Of a stretch of 64,000 bases of DNA, positions 39,188 to 47,773 are shown one piece after another. The notes beneath the pieces are model-generated. The model ran no database searches. It was not told where the DNA came from and worked only from the letters and a program-made list of their open reading frames with translations. Made by a program: the position numbers and the translations under genes. The stretch comes from Hyphomicrobiales bacterium (GTDB taxonomy: Bacteria; Pseudomonadota; Alphaproteobacteria; Rhizobiales; JAKPQE01), in the NCBI GenBank assembly GCA_041397845.1, contig JAWKVW010000009.1, positions 26,906-90,905 of the forward strand. The letters are read 5' to 3'. Position 1 is the stretch's first letter; every line of letters begins with the position of its first letter.

Positions 39188-39478
39188 ATGACCGAAACGG
39201 CTGGCAAGGAAGGCACTGATACGCTGGAAGAGCGTATCGTCGCGATCGTCGTCCGCGAGGGCATGATCGATCGCGAAAAGCTCGTGCCGGAGGCGACGCT
39301 CGAGGATCTCGGGGTCGATTCGGTCGAAGTCGTCATGATCCTGAACGGGATCGAGGAAGAGTTCGGCATCTATGTGCCGATCGACGAGACAATGTCCGAA
39401 GTGCGCACGGTCGGCGATCTGCTCGGCGTCATCAAGGGCATCGTCGAAAAGAAGGCGGCAGAGCCGCAGGCGGAATGA
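39188..39478 (+). CDS. acyl carrier protein
   Basis: 96 aa with the phosphopantetheine-attachment motif LGVDSVEVVMIL. 4-nt overlap with the downstream KAS gene. Confidence 0.85.
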   Translation: MTETAGKEGTDTLEERIVAIVVREGMIDREKLVPEATLEDLGVDSVEVVMILNGIEEEFGIYVPIDETMSEVRTVGDLLGVIKGIVEKKAAEPQAE

Positions 39479-40686
39479 ACAAGGTTTTCATTACGGGACT
39501 TGGCGCCGTCACCGCCCACGGCATCGGCAGCGATGTTCTCTGGCGCGCGGCGCGGGACGGGCGTTCGGGGTCGGTGCCAATCGAGTTCGAGCGCGGCATC
39601 GGCGCCGTGCAGCATGCGGCCCGCTTCAGTGACTTCGACGCGGAGGCCTATTTCGGCAGCGAGGATATCTCGCGCCTCGACCGGTTCTCGCAATTCGCGG
39701 TCATCGCGGCGAACGAGGCCTTCGCCGAGGCAGGGCTCGATGCCGGGTCGCTGGCCGGGCCGTCGACGGCGGTCATTGTCGGCACAGGCATCGGCGGCTC
39801 GACGACCTTCGAGGAAGGCTGCCACGACTTCTTTGCGCTCGGCAAGCGGCGGACCAATCCGCTGACGGTGCCGAAGGTCATGGCGAATGCCGCGGCCTGC
39901 CAGATCGGCATGCGGATCGGGGCGAATGGCCCGACCTTCGCAGTCTCCTCGGCCTGCTCCTCGGCCAATCAGGCGATGGGCATAGCCGCGGCGCTGGTGC
40001 GGGCCGGGGTTGTCGACCGCGCCGTGACGGGCGGCTCGGAGACGATGATCACCTCGGCGGTGATGCGGGCCTGGGAATCGATGCGCGTCCTGACGCCCGA
40101 CGCCAACCGGCCGTTCTCCAGGGGGCGCAACGGCATGCTGCTCGGCGAGGGCGCGGGCATCGTCGTGCTTGAAAGCGAGCAGTCGATGCTGGCGCGGGGC
40201 GGGCGTCCGCTGGCGGAATTCGCCGGCTACGGCACGACCTCGGATGCGGCCGACCTTCTGCGTCCTGACGCGGCGAGCGCGGCGCGGGCGATGCGGCTGG
40301 CGCTCGAGGAAGCAGGGATCGCGGCGGAGGACGTCGACTATGTCAGCGCCCATGGCACCGGCACCATCCTCAACGACGTGACCGAGACGGAAGCGATCCG
40401 GATTGCGCTTGGCGAGCGGGCGAACGCCGTGCCGGTCTCGTCGACGAAGCCGATCCACGGCCATTGCCTTGGCGCATCCGGCGCGCTCGAGCTCATCGTT
40501 ACGGTGCGGGCGATGACGGAGGGCTTCCTGCCGCCGACGATCAACTGGCTCGAGGCCGACCCGAAATGCACGCTCGATGTCGTGCCGAATGTCGGCCGGC
40601 CGGCCGAGATCCGCACGGCGCTCAGCAATTCTTTCGCTTTCGGCGGCATCAACGCGGTGATTGCGCTGCGCCGCGCCGCGGCCTGA
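39475..40686 (+). CDS. beta-ketoacyl-ACP synthase (KAS I/II family, FabF/NodE-like)
   Basis: 403 aa with active-site Cys (VSSACSSANQA), two His motifs (SAHGTGT, KPIHGHCLGASG) and a C-terminal NSFAFGGINAV. Confidence 0.9.
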   Translation: MNKVFITGLGAVTAHGIGSDVLWRAARDGRSGSVPIEFERGIGAVQHAARFSDFDAEAYFGSEDISRLDRFSQFAVIAANEAFAEAGLDAGSLAGPSTAVIVGTGIGGSTTFEEGCHDFFALGKRRTNPLTVPKVMANAAACQIGMRIGANGPTFAVSSACSSANQAMGIAAALVRAGVVDRAVTGGSETMITSAVMRAWESMRVLTPDANRPFSRGRNGMLLGEGAGIVVLESEQSMLARGGRPLAEFAGYGTTSDAADLLRPDAASAARAMRLALEEAGIAAEDVDYVSAHGTGTILNDVTETEAIRIALGERANAVPVSSTKPIHGHCLGASGALELIVTVRAMTEGFLPPTINWLEADPKCTLDVVPNVGRPAEIRTALSNSFAFGGINAVIALRRAAA

Positions 40687-40699
40687 GACGGGGGCGCCG

Positions 40700-41098
40700 A
40701 TGGGCGAGAGCGCTGGAAAATCGGGAACGATCGCGTTCGAGGCGGTCGTCGAGCCGGCGCGCGCCGCCCGGTTCGCGGAAAGCCTCGGATTGCCGGGCGA
40801 TACCGTGCCGCTCGTCTTCCCGGCGTTCTGGCTGTTCGAGCCGGAAACGCAGGCGCTGCTCGGCGGTCTCGTCGGCAAGGACCATGTGCCGATCCATGTC
40901 GGGCAGGTGTTCCGCTATGCCGCGCCCTTGCGGCAGGGCGGGCGCTATCACGTCACGGTCGCCGGCGAGCGGACCGAGGTTCGCGGCAAGGAAAACCTTC
41001 TTGTCGACATCACCGTGCGCGACGCGGACGGCAACGAGGTCGTAGAGGCGCGCTCGACGGTGCTCCTGCTGCCGGTGGCAGCGGGAGAGGGACAATGA
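40700..41098 (+). CDS. hot-dog fold protein (MaoC-dehydratase N-terminal-like)
   Basis: 132 aa, trimmed to the ATG at 40700. Its size and pairing with the next MaoC gene suggest a two-subunit dehydratase. 4-nt overlap with the next gene. Confidence 0.6.
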   Translation: MGESAGKSGTIAFEAVVEPARAARFAESLGLPGDTVPLVFPAFWLFEPETQALLGGLVGKDHVPIHVGQVFRYAAPLRQGGRYHVTVAGERTEVRGKENLLVDITVRDADGNEVVEARSTVLLLPVAAGEGQ

Positions 41099-41487
41099 CG
41101 GTGGCCGGGGAGATGGCGCCGGTCGCGCTCGGCAGCATCAGCCGGGACGCGCTTTCGGGCTATCTGGCAATCTCCGGCGACGGCAATCCGGTGCATTTTG
41201 ACCCTGCCGTCGCGGCGATCGCCGGCCTTGCGGATACGCCGGTGCCCGGGCTTCTTGCCATGGCGCTGATGGAGCGGGCGGTGCGGCATTGGTTTGCCGG
41301 CCGGGAGGTTGGCGAGTTCCAGCTCTCGTTCGCGGCGCCGATCCTGCCCGATGCGGCGCTCGTTGCCGATGCGCGCCCGGCGGGCACTTCCGGGGGAAAC
41401 GATCTGGTGCGCGTGCGGCTGCTGTGCGACGGTAAGATCGCGGCGATCGGGGTGCTCTCGATCGCGACGGGGACGGAACGGGCTTAG
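41095..41487 (+). CDS. MaoC-like (R)-specific dehydratase/hydratase
   Basis: 130 aa with a hydratase motif region (YLAISGDGNPVHFDPAVAAIAGLADTPVPGLL). Confidence 0.75.
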   Translation: MTVAGEMAPVALGSISRDALSGYLAISGDGNPVHFDPAVAAIAGLADTPVPGLLAMALMERAVRHWFAGREVGEFQLSFAAPILPDAALVADARPAGTSGGNDLVRVRLLCDGKIAAIGVLSIATGTERA

Positions 41488-41489
41488 TC

Positions 41490-43046
41490 ATGACCACTGG
41501 AGGGGAGCGGTCGGGAGCCTTGGCCGGCGCCCTTGCCGGCAAGCGGCTGCTGATCGTCACGCCGGAAATCCTCGGGCCGATCCGCAATGGCGGCATCGCA
41601 ACGGCGTTCAACGCGCTCGCCCGGCTCTGGCAGGAGGCCGGCGCCCGCGCGACCATTGCCTATGTCGAGGAAGCGCTGCGCCAGCCCTACGACCGGGCGC
41701 ACTGGACGGCGCACTACGGGCAGCTCGGCATCGAATTCATTCCGATCGCGACGGATACCCTGCCGGACCTGCCGCAGCTTGCGGTGTCGGACCTGCGAGC
41801 GACGGCATGGCAGGTTCACCACTGGCTGGAACCGCGGGCGGGAGACTACGATCTCGTTGTCTTTCCCGACTGGACCGGCGTCGGCTTCTACGCGCTCCTG
41901 GCGCGCGATCAGGGCATCGCCTATCGCGACCTGCCGATGGCGGTCAACACGCACGGCCCCTCGACCTGGACGCAGGACGCCAATCTCGTCCTTGCCGAGA
42001 CGGCGGACGACGTCGACCGCGACTACATGGAGCGGCAATCGGTGCGGCGTGCCGATTTCGTCGTCAGCCCGAGCGCCTTTCTTCTCGACTGGATGCGGGA
42101 CTATGGCTGGGAGGTGGCGCCGCGCCTGGAGGTCATCCAGAACCTGCTCAATCCGGAGGAACTCGAAACGGTGCCGGGCACCGAGCGGCGGCCGGTGCGC
42201 GATGTCGTGTTTTTCGGCCGGCTGGAGAAGCGCAAGGGCCTGAAGCTCTTCTGCGATGCCATCGACAGGCTTTCGGCGGAAGAGCGGGGCGGGATCGAAA
42301 CCGTGCATTTCTTCGGCCGGGCCGTGCCGGCGCCGGGTTTCGATCCGGAGCGGTTCATTGCCGAGCGCTCGGCAGCCTGGGGCGCCAAGGTCGAGGTGCG
42401 CACCGATCTCGACCGCGAGGCGGCGCTCGGCCGGCTTTGCCGCGCCGGGACGCTGGCGGTGATGCCGTCAAAGAGCGAGAACTCGCCCTATACGGTGCTT
42501 GAATGCCTGCATCATGGCATCGGCTTTCTGGCGACACGGGCCGGCGGTACGGCCGAGCTCATTGATGCGCGCGACCGCGACGAGGTGCTCTTTCCGGCAA
42601 CGCCGGAGGGGCTTGCCGGCCAGCTTCGGCGGGCGCTCCGGGACGGCGTCCGGCCGGCGCGGCGGGCGGTTGCGGCAGGGGAGGTGCGGGCGCGCTGGAT
42701 TGACTGGACGCTGGCGGCGACGGATGCTGCTTGGCGCGCCGGCAATGGGCAAGGCCGACGGCGAGACGCCGCTCGTCACGGTCTGCATCACGACCTTCGA
42801 GCGGCCGGCGCTGCTTGCCGAGGCGATTGCCTCCATCGAGGCGCAGACCTATCCGGCAATCGAGATCGTCGTTGTCGACGATGGCAGCCGCAAGCCGGAG
42901 ACGCTTGCCGCGCTCGACCGGCTGGCCGCAGCGTTCGCGCCGCGCGGCTGGCAGGTGCTGCGGCAGGAGAACGCCTATGTCGGGGCGGCGCGCAACACCG
43001 GTACGGCGGCGGCGCGGGGCGAATACATCCTTTTCATGGACGATGA
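41490..43046 (+). CDS. glycosyltransferase (GT-B, family 4-like); 3' end uncertain
   Basis: The N-terminus is LLIVTPEILGPIRNGGIATAF and the C-terminal GT-B motif is SENSPYTVLECLHHGIGFLATRAGGTAELI. After about residue 412 the ORF becomes Arg/Gly-rich. There it overlaps the next GT2 gene in another frame for about 300 nt. Confidence 0.65.
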   Translation: MTTGGERSGALAGALAGKRLLIVTPEILGPIRNGGIATAFNALARLWQEAGARATIAYVEEALRQPYDRAHWTAHYGQLGIEFIPIATDTLPDLPQLAVSDLRATAWQVHHWLEPRAGDYDLVVFPDWTGVGFYALLARDQGIAYRDLPMAVNTHGPSTWTQDANLVLAETADDVDRDYMERQSVRRADFVVSPSAFLLDWMRDYGWEVAPRLEVIQNLLNPEELETVPGTERRPVRDVVFFGRLEKRKGLKLFCDAIDRLSAEERGGIETVHFFGRAVPAPGFDPERFIAERSAAWGAKVEVRTDLDREAALGRLCRAGTLAVMPSKSENSPYTVLECLHHGIGFLATRAGGTAELIDARDRDEVLFPATPEGLAGQLRRALRDGVRPARRAVAAGEVRARWIDWTLAATDAAWRAGNGQGRRRDAARHGLHHDLRAAGAACRGDCLHRGADLSGNRDRRCRRWQPQAGDACRARPAGRSVRAARLAGAAAGERLCRGGAQHRYGGGAGRIHPFHGR

Positions 43047-43626
43047 CGACGTTGCCGTGCCCGAGGAGGTGGCAACGTTCGTTGCCGTTGCCCGGCGGAC
43101 CGGGGCGGACATCCTGACCTGCGCGTCGAGCCTCTTTGAGGGGGCAGAGCCGCCGGCGCGGCCGGAGCGGCTCTGGGTGGCGCTCGGCGGGGCGCTTGGC
43201 GCGGGCATCTTCCAGAACGCCTTCGGCAGCGTCAATGCGTTCTGGCGGCGGCAGGTCTATCTCGATCTCGGCGGCCACACGACCGACTACGGCATCGGCT
43301 ATGAGGACTGGGAAATGTTCGCGCAGGCGATGATCGCCGGCTACCGGCTTGATCTCGTGCCGCGCGCGCTCTTTCACTATCGCGTCTCGACGACGGGGAT
43401 GCTGCGCACCACCGACGTCGACACCAACCTTGCGCGCAGCGCCCGTGCCTTCGTCAAACATGCGCCGCTCGGCCTCGGAGTGGCGATCGGCCATGCCGTT
43501 CACCTCGAGCGCCAGCACGAACTCGCCCGGCGCAAGCGACCGACCTACGGCGAGTTGATCCGGCGGGACATCGGCTGGACGCGGCGCTGGCTCCGGCGGC
43601 GGCTCCGGCGCTGGTTCGGAATCTGA
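42724..43626 (+). CDS. glycosyltransferase family 2
   Basis: ATG at 42724 (alternative start 42745). Motifs: PLVTVCITTFERPALLAEAIASIEAQTYPAIEIVVVDDGS and FMDDDD. Confidence 0.75.
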   Translation: MLLGAPAMGKADGETPLVTVCITTFERPALLAEAIASIEAQTYPAIEIVVVDDGSRKPETLAALDRLAAAFAPRGWQVLRQENAYVGAARNTGTAAARGEYILFMDDDDVAVPEEVATFVAVARRTGADILTCASSLFEGAEPPARPERLWVALGGALGAGIFQNAFGSVNAFWRRQVYLDLGGHTTDYGIGYEDWEMFAQAMIAGYRLDLVPRALFHYRVSTTGMLRTTDVDTNLARSARAFVKHAPLGLGVAIGHAVHLERQHELARRKRPTYGELIRRDIGWTRRWLRRRLRRWFGI

Positions 43627-43643
43627 AAAGGACGGCTGCCGCC

Positions 43644-44990
43644 TTGTCGATGTCGATGCATGACGACCCTGAAACGGCCCGGCCGGAGATTGCCGATCTC
43701 CTGCTGGCATTGATCATTGCCGTCATCGTTGCCCTGCCGTCGCTGCCGGGGCGGATGAGTGCCGATTCTCTCAACATGTACGAGCAGGCGGTGTTCGACA
43801 GCTACACCGACCAGCACGTGGTGCTGATCCCGTGGATCTGGCACCGGCTTGGCGTTTCGCCGGGGCTGATCGCAGCCGAAACCGTCATTGTCGTTGTGGC
43901 GTTCGTCTGGGCCTTCCTGATGATCTTCCGCGCTGCCGGCCTGTCGCGGGGCCGGGCGGGCGTCGCGGCGGCGGCGCTGGCGCTCTTTCCCCCGGTGCAT
44001 GGCTATCTGACCGGCGTTTCCAAGGATAGCTGGACCGCGGCAGTTCTCGTGCTGCTGTTCGGGCTGGCGGTCGTCGGCGGCGGACGGGGCGCGTTCGTCG
44101 TCCGGGCGCTCCTTGCCGGCCTTGCGGTCGTCATCCGGCCGGAGACGGTGCTGCTGCTGCCGCTGCTCGCATTTGGCGACGCCTTCATCCGGCGCGCCGG
44201 TGTTGCGGCGATGGCGGCGTTCCTTGCCATCGGGCTCGTTGTGCCGGCGCTCAACGGCGTTTTCGTCGATCGTGTCGCGCGGGCCGAGAAGACCGGCCCC
44301 GATTCGATCATCTACCTTTTCGATCTTGTCGGCCTGTCGCTGAAGCGGCAGGAAATGCTGCTGCCGCCGGCGGCGTTCCCGGCGCAGGATCTTCAGGTGC
44401 TCGAACGGCATTTCCATCCCTCGAGCGTCAACACGCTGGTCTGGGGCGTGCCGAAGGAGGAGATGGCGGTCTTCGTCACCGGCGAGGATCTCGCCGATCT
44501 GCGGCGGCGCTGGATCGCGGCAATTCTTGCCAACCCGCTCGATTATCTCGAAGTGCGCTGGCCGGTCATCAAGGCCTATCTCAGGGGCGAGTGGCGGTAC
44601 CATCCGGGGATCGACCCGCATCCGGACATCAGGTCGTACTTTCCGGCCGGGGTCGAGGCGATGAACGCCGTCATGGATGCGTCGCCGCGGCTGCTTGCCA
44701 GCCATATCGTGCCGATGACCGGCGCCTTCGTTCTGCTCATTGCCCTGCATTTCGGGGCGCGCGACCGGCTCGACCGGGCGCTGGCGGTCTTCCTCGGCGT
44801 CGGGCTTTGCTATCAGGGACTGTTCCTCATCCTCATCCCGGCGCCCGACTACCGGTTCGGCTATGCCGGCGTCGTCATCTTCTATCTGGCGCTGGCGGCG
44901 GCGGTTTTCCGCTATCTCCGGGCCTTGTCGGCACGGGCACGCCGCGCGCCGCGTGGCAAGGACGACCGGGACCGGCACCGGATCCCCTGA
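43644..44990 (+). CDS. polytopic membrane protein, function unknown (possibly polymerase/ligase/GT-C-like)
   Basis: 448 aa with many hydrophobic segments and no motif I can name. It is the last gene of the co-directional cluster. Confidence 0.45.
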   Translation: MSMSMHDDPETARPEIADLLLALIIAVIVALPSLPGRMSADSLNMYEQAVFDSYTDQHVVLIPWIWHRLGVSPGLIAAETVIVVVAFVWAFLMIFRAAGLSRGRAGVAAAALALFPPVHGYLTGVSKDSWTAAVLVLLFGLAVVGGGRGAFVVRALLAGLAVVIRPETVLLLPLLAFGDAFIRRAGVAAMAAFLAIGLVVPALNGVFVDRVARAEKTGPDSIIYLFDLVGLSLKRQEMLLPPAAFPAQDLQVLERHFHPSSVNTLVWGVPKEEMAVFVTGEDLADLRRRWIAAILANPLDYLEVRWPVIKAYLRGEWRYHPGIDPHPDIRSYFPAGVEAMNAVMDASPRLLASHIVPMTGAFVLLIALHFGARDRLDRALAVFLGVGLCYQGLFLILIPAPDYRFGYAGVVIFYLALAAAVFRYLRALSARARRAPRGKDDRDRHRIP

Positions 44991-44999
44991 TCCTTGCGG

Positions 45000-45260
45000 T
45001 CACTGATCGCGGCGCTCAATCTGGTCCGGATCGGCGGTGATGGCCCGATAGATCTCGACGCGATCGCCTTCCTCGAGGGTGGCGTCGAGCTTCATGATGC
45101 GGCCGAAGACGCCGACCTTCTGGCGCTCCAGGTCGATATCGGGGAACTGCACCAGAATGCCGGAGCGCTCGATGGCCTCGTGCACCGTGCAGCCGTCCGG
45201 CATTTCCATTCGCAGCCACACCTTGTGCACCGGGGTGACGTAGGCGACGCCGATGTTCAT
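45000..45260 (-). CDS. rnfH: RnfH family protein
   Basis: 86 aa. The ubiquitin-like RnfH/UPF0125 pattern ends in EEGDRVEIYRAITADP. It is the last gene of the rnf operon. Confidence 0.85.
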   Translation of the reverse strand: MNIGVAYVTPVHKVWLRMEMPDGCTVHEAIERSGILVQFPDIDLERQKVGVFGRIMKLDATLEEGDRVEIYRAITADPDQIERRDQ

Positions 45261-45299
45261 GCGGGTGGTCTCCTGTGGCGGGATTTTCCCGGAAATGTC

Positions 45300-45995
45300 C
45301 TAGATCGTGATTTCCTTGCCGCCGCTCTCCACGGCTGCCGCGCCGCGGTTTTGCGTTGCGCGACGCCGCAGCTCATAGGCACGGCGGGCGGCGAGCAGCA
45401 GCGACAGCACGATGAAGCCGCCGGGCGGCAGGATCAGCAGCAAGACGCCCTTGTAGGACGGAATGACGGTCGTCTCGAGAACGCGGAAATGCTCGCCGAG
45501 CAGCAGCGAGGCGTTGGCAAAGAGCGTACCCGACCCGAGAATCTCGCGGATCGCACCGACGACGACGAGGGCGAAGGTGAAGCCAAGGCCCATCATCAGG
45601 CCGTCGAACATTGCCGGCAGCACGGGCGATTTCGAGGCAAAGCTCTCGGCCCGGCCGAGGATGACGCAGTTCGTGACGATGAGCGGGATGAAAAGGCCGA
45701 GCACCTTGTAGAGGTCATGCAGCCAGGCATTGATGGCGAGATCGACGATGGTCACGAGGATGGCGATGATCAGGACGAAGGCGGGGATGCGGATTTCCGG
45801 CTCGATCACCCGCCGCATGACGGCGATGAGGAAGCCGGAGGCGATGAGGACGGCCGTTGTCGCCAGCCCCATGCCGAGGCCGTTCGTTGCCGTTCCGGTC
45901 AGCGCGAGCAGCGGGCAAAGCGCGAGCATCTGCGAAAAGACGACATTGTTTGCCCAGAGGCCGTCGCGGGCAATCTGCCGATAACCGGTGCTCAT
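45300..45995 (-). CDS. rnfE: electron transport complex subunit RnfE
   Basis: Trimmed to the ATG at 45995 ([31 protein letters not shown]). Confidence 0.9.
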   Translation of the reverse strand: MSTGYRQIARDGLWANNVVFSQMLALCPLLALTGTATNGLGMGLATTAVLIASGFLIAVMRRVIEPEIRIPAFVLIIAILVTIVDLAINAWLHDLYKVLGLFIPLIVTNCVILGRAESFASKSPVLPAMFDGLMMGLGFTFALVVVGAIREILGSGTLFANASLLLGEHFRVLETTVIPSYKGVLLLILPPGGFIVLSLLLAARRAYELRRRATQNRGAAAVESGGKEITI

Positions 45996-46690
45996 TTCTT
46001 TTCTCCCCCTGGCCGTGCGGTGAGTGTCGGGCGTTCGGCGTCGAAAAATTCGAGCCCCTCCCGCACGGCGGCAACGACGGCGCGCGGCGTGATGGTTGCT
46101 CCGGAAAACTGGTCGAAATGACCGCCGTCCTTCTTCACGCCCCACTTGTCCTTCGGCGGATTGCCGAAGGAAAGACCGGCAAAGCCGAGGATCCAGGGCC
46201 CTTTCGCTTCCTCGATCTTGTCGCCAAGGCCCGGCGTCTCGGCATGCTGCAACACCCGCACGCCGAGCAGGCTGCCGTCAGCGGCAACGCCCATCAGGAT
46301 GCGGATGGCGCCGCCATAGCCCTGGCCGGTGACCTCGTAGGCGACCGCCCTGACCTCGCCGCCGGAGAGGGCCGGGTAGATGGTGCGGCCGGTGCCGTCA
46401 GTCATGGCGATTGTGTACTGGTCGCGGACGGGGTCGTTGTCATGAACCGATGCCGGTACGACGAGGGCGAGCGATCCGAGCAGGTCTTCCTTCATCCGCT
46501 CGGCGATGGCGCCTTGCGTGGCATTGTGGCTTGAGGCGAGCAGGCCGGCGCCGCCGAGGGCGAAGGCGCCGAGCAGGGCCGCCAGATAGAGCGGCGAGCG
46601 CCCGCCCGCCCGGGACGTGCCGCCACCGGCCAGGCCGAGCCGGGCTTTCAGGCGGTCGAGAAACGAGGTGTCGCTGGCTGGCTTGTCCAT
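45992..46690 (-). CDS. rnfG: electron transport complex subunit RnfG
   Basis: 232 aa with an N-terminal anchor and an FMN-attachment region ([14 protein letters not shown]). 4-nt overlap with rnfE. Confidence 0.85.
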   Translation of the reverse strand: MDKPASDTSFLDRLKARLGLAGGGTSRAGGRSPLYLAALLGAFALGGAGLLASSHNATQGAIAERMKEDLLGSLALVVPASVHDNDPVRDQYTIAMTDGTGRTIYPALSGGEVRAVAYEVTGQGYGGAIRILMGVAADGSLLGVRVLQHAETPGLGDKIEEAKGPWILGFAGLSFGNPPKDKWGVKKDGGHFDQFSGATITPRAVVAAVREGLEFFDAERPTLTARPGGEKK

Positions 46691-46699
46691 CGTCCGACC

Positions 46700-47773
46700 T
46701 CATTTCTCGTCATAGCGGATCGGCTCGCCCGAGCGCTTGCGCCCGTAGATGCGTGGCCGGATCGTGTGGTCGATGATGGGCACGGTCGCGTTCATCAGCA
46801 GCACGGCAAAGCCGATGCCTTCCGGATAGGCGGCGAAGGTGCGGATGACGAAGGTGAGGAGGGCGACACCGGCGCCGAAAAGGAGCTTGCCGGTGCCCGT
46901 TGCCGGCGCGGTGACGTAGTCCGTGACGATGAAGAAGGCGGCAAACAGGAACGTTCCGGAGAGGAGATGGGCTGCCGGGTCGAGGAAGCGCTGCGGGTCG
47001 ATGAGGTGAAACGTGCCCGAGAGCGCTGCCATCGTGGCGATCATGGCGACCGGGGCGTGCCAGGTGATGACCCGTGTCGCAAGCAGCAGGATGCCGCCGG
47101 CAACGAGCAGAACGGCCGATGTCTCGCCAAGCGATCCCGGCACCATGCCGACCGCGAGCGACAGGGTGTCGTGGCCGCCCTTGAGGATGTCGGAAAGGGC
47201 CAGCCCCTGACCGAGCTGGGTTTTCACCGAGCCGAGAACCGACGCGCTGGAAACCGCGTCGAAGTCTGGATGGCCGCTGAGAAAGATCGAAAAGCCTTCC
47301 GCAATGCCGGGTGAGCCGGCCGAGAACAACGGCCGCGGTTCGAGGAACTGGGTCATCTCGACCGGGAACGAGATCAGCAGGAAGATGCGGGCGATCATGG
47401 CCGGGTTGAAGACGTTCTGGCCGAGGCCGCCGAATGCCTGCTTGCCAAGGACGATGGCGACGAAAGCGCCAAGGACGCCGATCCACCATGGCGCCCAGGG
47501 CGGCAGGGTCATGGCGACGATCCAGCCGGTGAGGAGCGCCGAGCCGTCGAGCAGGAACGGCCGGACGGGCTTGCCGGCAACGCGCAGCGAGGCGGCCTCG
47601 AAGGCAATCGCGGCGGCGATCGTTGCCAGGAACAGAAACAGCGCCGGCCAGCCGAATGCATAGATGCCGAAGGCTGTCGCCGGCAGCAGCGCGACGACGA
47701 CGAGGCCCATGGTGCGGCCGATGCTGGCGCCGGAATGGGCGTGCGGCCCGCCGACAGGTCCTTTGGCGATCAT
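46700..47773 (-). CDS. rnfD: electron transport complex subunit RnfD
   Basis: Trimmed to the ATG at 47773 (MIAKGPVGGPHAHSGASIGRTMGLVVVALLPA). Polytopic. 4-nt overlap with the rnfC stop. Confidence 0.9.
   Translation of the reverse strand: MIAKGPVGGPHAHSGASIGRTMGLVVVALLPATAFGIYAFGWPALFLFLATIAAAIAFEAASLRVAGKPVRPFLLDGSALLTGWIVAMTLPPWAPWWIGVLGAFVAIVLGKQAFGGLGQNVFNPAMIARIFLLISFPVEMTQFLEPRPLFSAGSPGIAEGFSIFLSGHPDFDAVSSASVLGSVKTQLGQGLALSDILKGGHDTLSLAVGMVPGSLGETSAVLLVAGGILLLATRVITWHAPVAMIATMAALSGTFHLIDPQRFLDPAAHLLSGTFLFAAFFIVTDYVTAPATGTGKLLFGAGVALLTFVIRTFAAYPEGIGFAVLLMNATVPIIDHTIRPRIYGRKRSGEPIRYDEK

Noticed and set aside
39188-40686. Annotating the overlapping ACP and KAS genes as nodF/nodE.
   Set aside because: The pairing and sizes resemble nodFE. 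However, no nod box, nodABC or other nodulation genes are present, and the context is a glycosyltransferase cluster. The generic ACP/KAS call is safer.
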